DNA from: Balanoglossus misakiensis
Taxonomy: Eukaryota; Animalia; Hemichordata
Length of the DNA stretch: 64,000 nt
Reading direction: 5' to 3'
Assembly: GCA_040954595.2 (NCBI GenBank)
Contig: CM082598.2
Location: forward strand, 9,377,097-9,441,096
Shown: positions 62,544 through 64,000 of the stretch, one piece after another
Position numbering within the stretch: position 1 is the first letter of the stretch
Layout: each line of letters begins with the position of its first letter
Notes under the pieces: generated by a model
Told to the model about the DNA's origin: nothing
Database searches by the model: none
Seen by the model: the letters and a program-made list of their open reading frames with translations, nothing else
Position numbers and translations under genes: made by a program

Positions 62544-64000
62544 CCCTCTTGCTACCGGGGGTCAAAACCCGTTGGGCTGCCGAGTCGTTACGAGACCGCC
62601 TCCTTTTCGGTGTATGTAGAATCCGGCATTCTACACCCGCTGGATTACCAGGCTTTTTGCCTGAAAATCGGGTTTTTGGAGGGTCATTTTAGCTGCTTTT
62701 GAACGTGCTAGACTTCAAGTTTGGCACCGTCCCGTGTCGGCGGGACCTCAAACAACAATTAACCGGGTAAAAGTTGTGGGGTCATCGGGTTCGTTCCCCT
62801 GGGAGGGGAGCGTCTGTAAACGTCGTTTCGAGGCCTACTTTTACGAAAGTAAAGTTAGTGTGTTAGTACACGCCACATCACGTCACAACAACGACACCAT
62901 CAGTTATTAGTAGGGTACCCAGGGTGTACCGCCAGGGGTGTTCGGGCACCCCTTCCCCTGCCACTTTCCCGTAGGGTACGAGTTAGTTCGACACGTAATG
63001 CGAACGACTGGACACTGGCGCACAGTGTTCCGCTCTACAGCCGCCTGACAACGACTCATTCTCGCACACAAGACACACACGGACGTTGTGATAACGACAC
63101 GTTGGTTAGTTACGCACGGTAGACAGACGTTCATTACGGTGTTAATACGCTATAGTTTTTTACGGTACAGGGTTGTACCGACACGGTCACAGGTAACCCG
63201 CAAGTTCTGCAGGCTCCATTGCACCATTTCGGCCGGGGGCGAGTGTCGAACCGGACGACTATTTACACAAGACCCCCGTTACTGTGCGTCATATTAGAGG
63301 GATTAACACCACCACAGGTTGCCTCATAAATAGCACTTTATTTCCCAAAAAAGAGTGATTCGTGCACCGTTACAGTAACATCACACAATCCGTGTTTCAG
63401 TGTTCGCAAGTAACCTGTCCGTTTCTCACAGTCCGTGTTTCATTGTCCGTAAATGAGGCTCGGTCACCTCGTAGCCCTACTCAAGGGCATAATTTAGTGG
63501 GGGTCCACAGAAAAAAATGACTAAAGTCCGCGCAAACGGGGCTCGTTCAAGACGAGCCCATTTCACAATCCGTGTTTCAGTGTTCGCAAGTAACCTGTCC
63601 GTTTCTCACAGTCCGTGTTTCATTGTCCGTAAATGAGGCTCGGTCACCTCGTAGCCCTACTCAAGGGCATAATTTAGTGGGGGTCCACAGAAAAAAATGA
63701 CTAAAGTCCGCGCAAACGGGGCTCGTTCAAGACGAGCCCATTTCACAATCCGTGTTTCAGTGTTCGCAAGTAACCTGTCCGTTTCTCACAGTCCGTGTTT
63801 CATTGTCCGTAAATGAGGCTCGGTCACCTCGTAGCCCTACTCAAGGGCATAATTTAGTGGGGGTCCACAGAAAAAAATGACTAAAGTCCGCACAAATGGG
63901 GCTGGTTCACCGGAAGCCCGTGTCACCCTCTTGGGAGGGGAATAATTTAGGAATGGTCCGTGTTTCTGGAACTTCGCCGGAGCGGTTTGTCCCGTCTCGG
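62544..64000. mobile_element. Probable piggyBac-like element (left end only), GC-rich, containing an anomalous segment and a tandem array
   Basis: TTAA|CCCTCTTGCTACC at a sharp compositional boundary; the right end is not in the window. Confidence 0.5.
63384..63920. repeat. 180 bp tandem repeat, about 3 copies
   Basis: Units start at 63384, 63564 and 63744; identical until 63891, then divergent; each full unit carries the hairpin GGGCTCGT-TCAAG-ACGAGCCC. Confidence 0.97.

Noticed and set aside
63200-63210. 11 nt complement-only match between GCAAGTTCTGC and CGTTCAAGACG in the tandem unit
   Set aside because: Short enough to arise by chance; not counted as evidence for the mirror hypothesis.
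63384-63920. 180 bp array as a retrozyme or hammerhead satellite
   Set aside because: No CTGANGA core on either strand of the unit.

Overview
AT-rich (roughly 35-40% GC by eye), intron-rich animal genomic DNA. The repeat repertoire suggests a marine invertebrate, possibly a hemichordate-like deuterostome (inference only). Almost all ORFs in the supplied track are spurious. Two real genes are visible. (1) A minus-strand spliced gene for an orphan multi-pass, probably 7TM, membrane protein: I rebuilt seven coding exons with GT-AG sites and matching phases (20285 to 401, 237 aa), and it runs off the left edge. (2) Coding exon 1 of TTLL12 on the plus strand (58164-58316). The rest is dense non-autonomous transposon DNA: TAG...CTA elements with 9-10 bp TSDs (AcademH-like, down to 40 bp), CA...TG elements with 7 bp TSDs (P-like), Harbinger, Kolobok, Tc1/mariner, hAT and piggyBac-like MITEs, HINE-like repeats, TSD-less double-hairpin elements, LINE and Penelope RT relics, microsatellites and a 180 bp tandem array. 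The most anomalous signal is 62761-63300, whose dinucleotide statistics are the mirror image of normal animal DNA. Transposon superfamily calls rest on termini and TSDs only; no database search was run.
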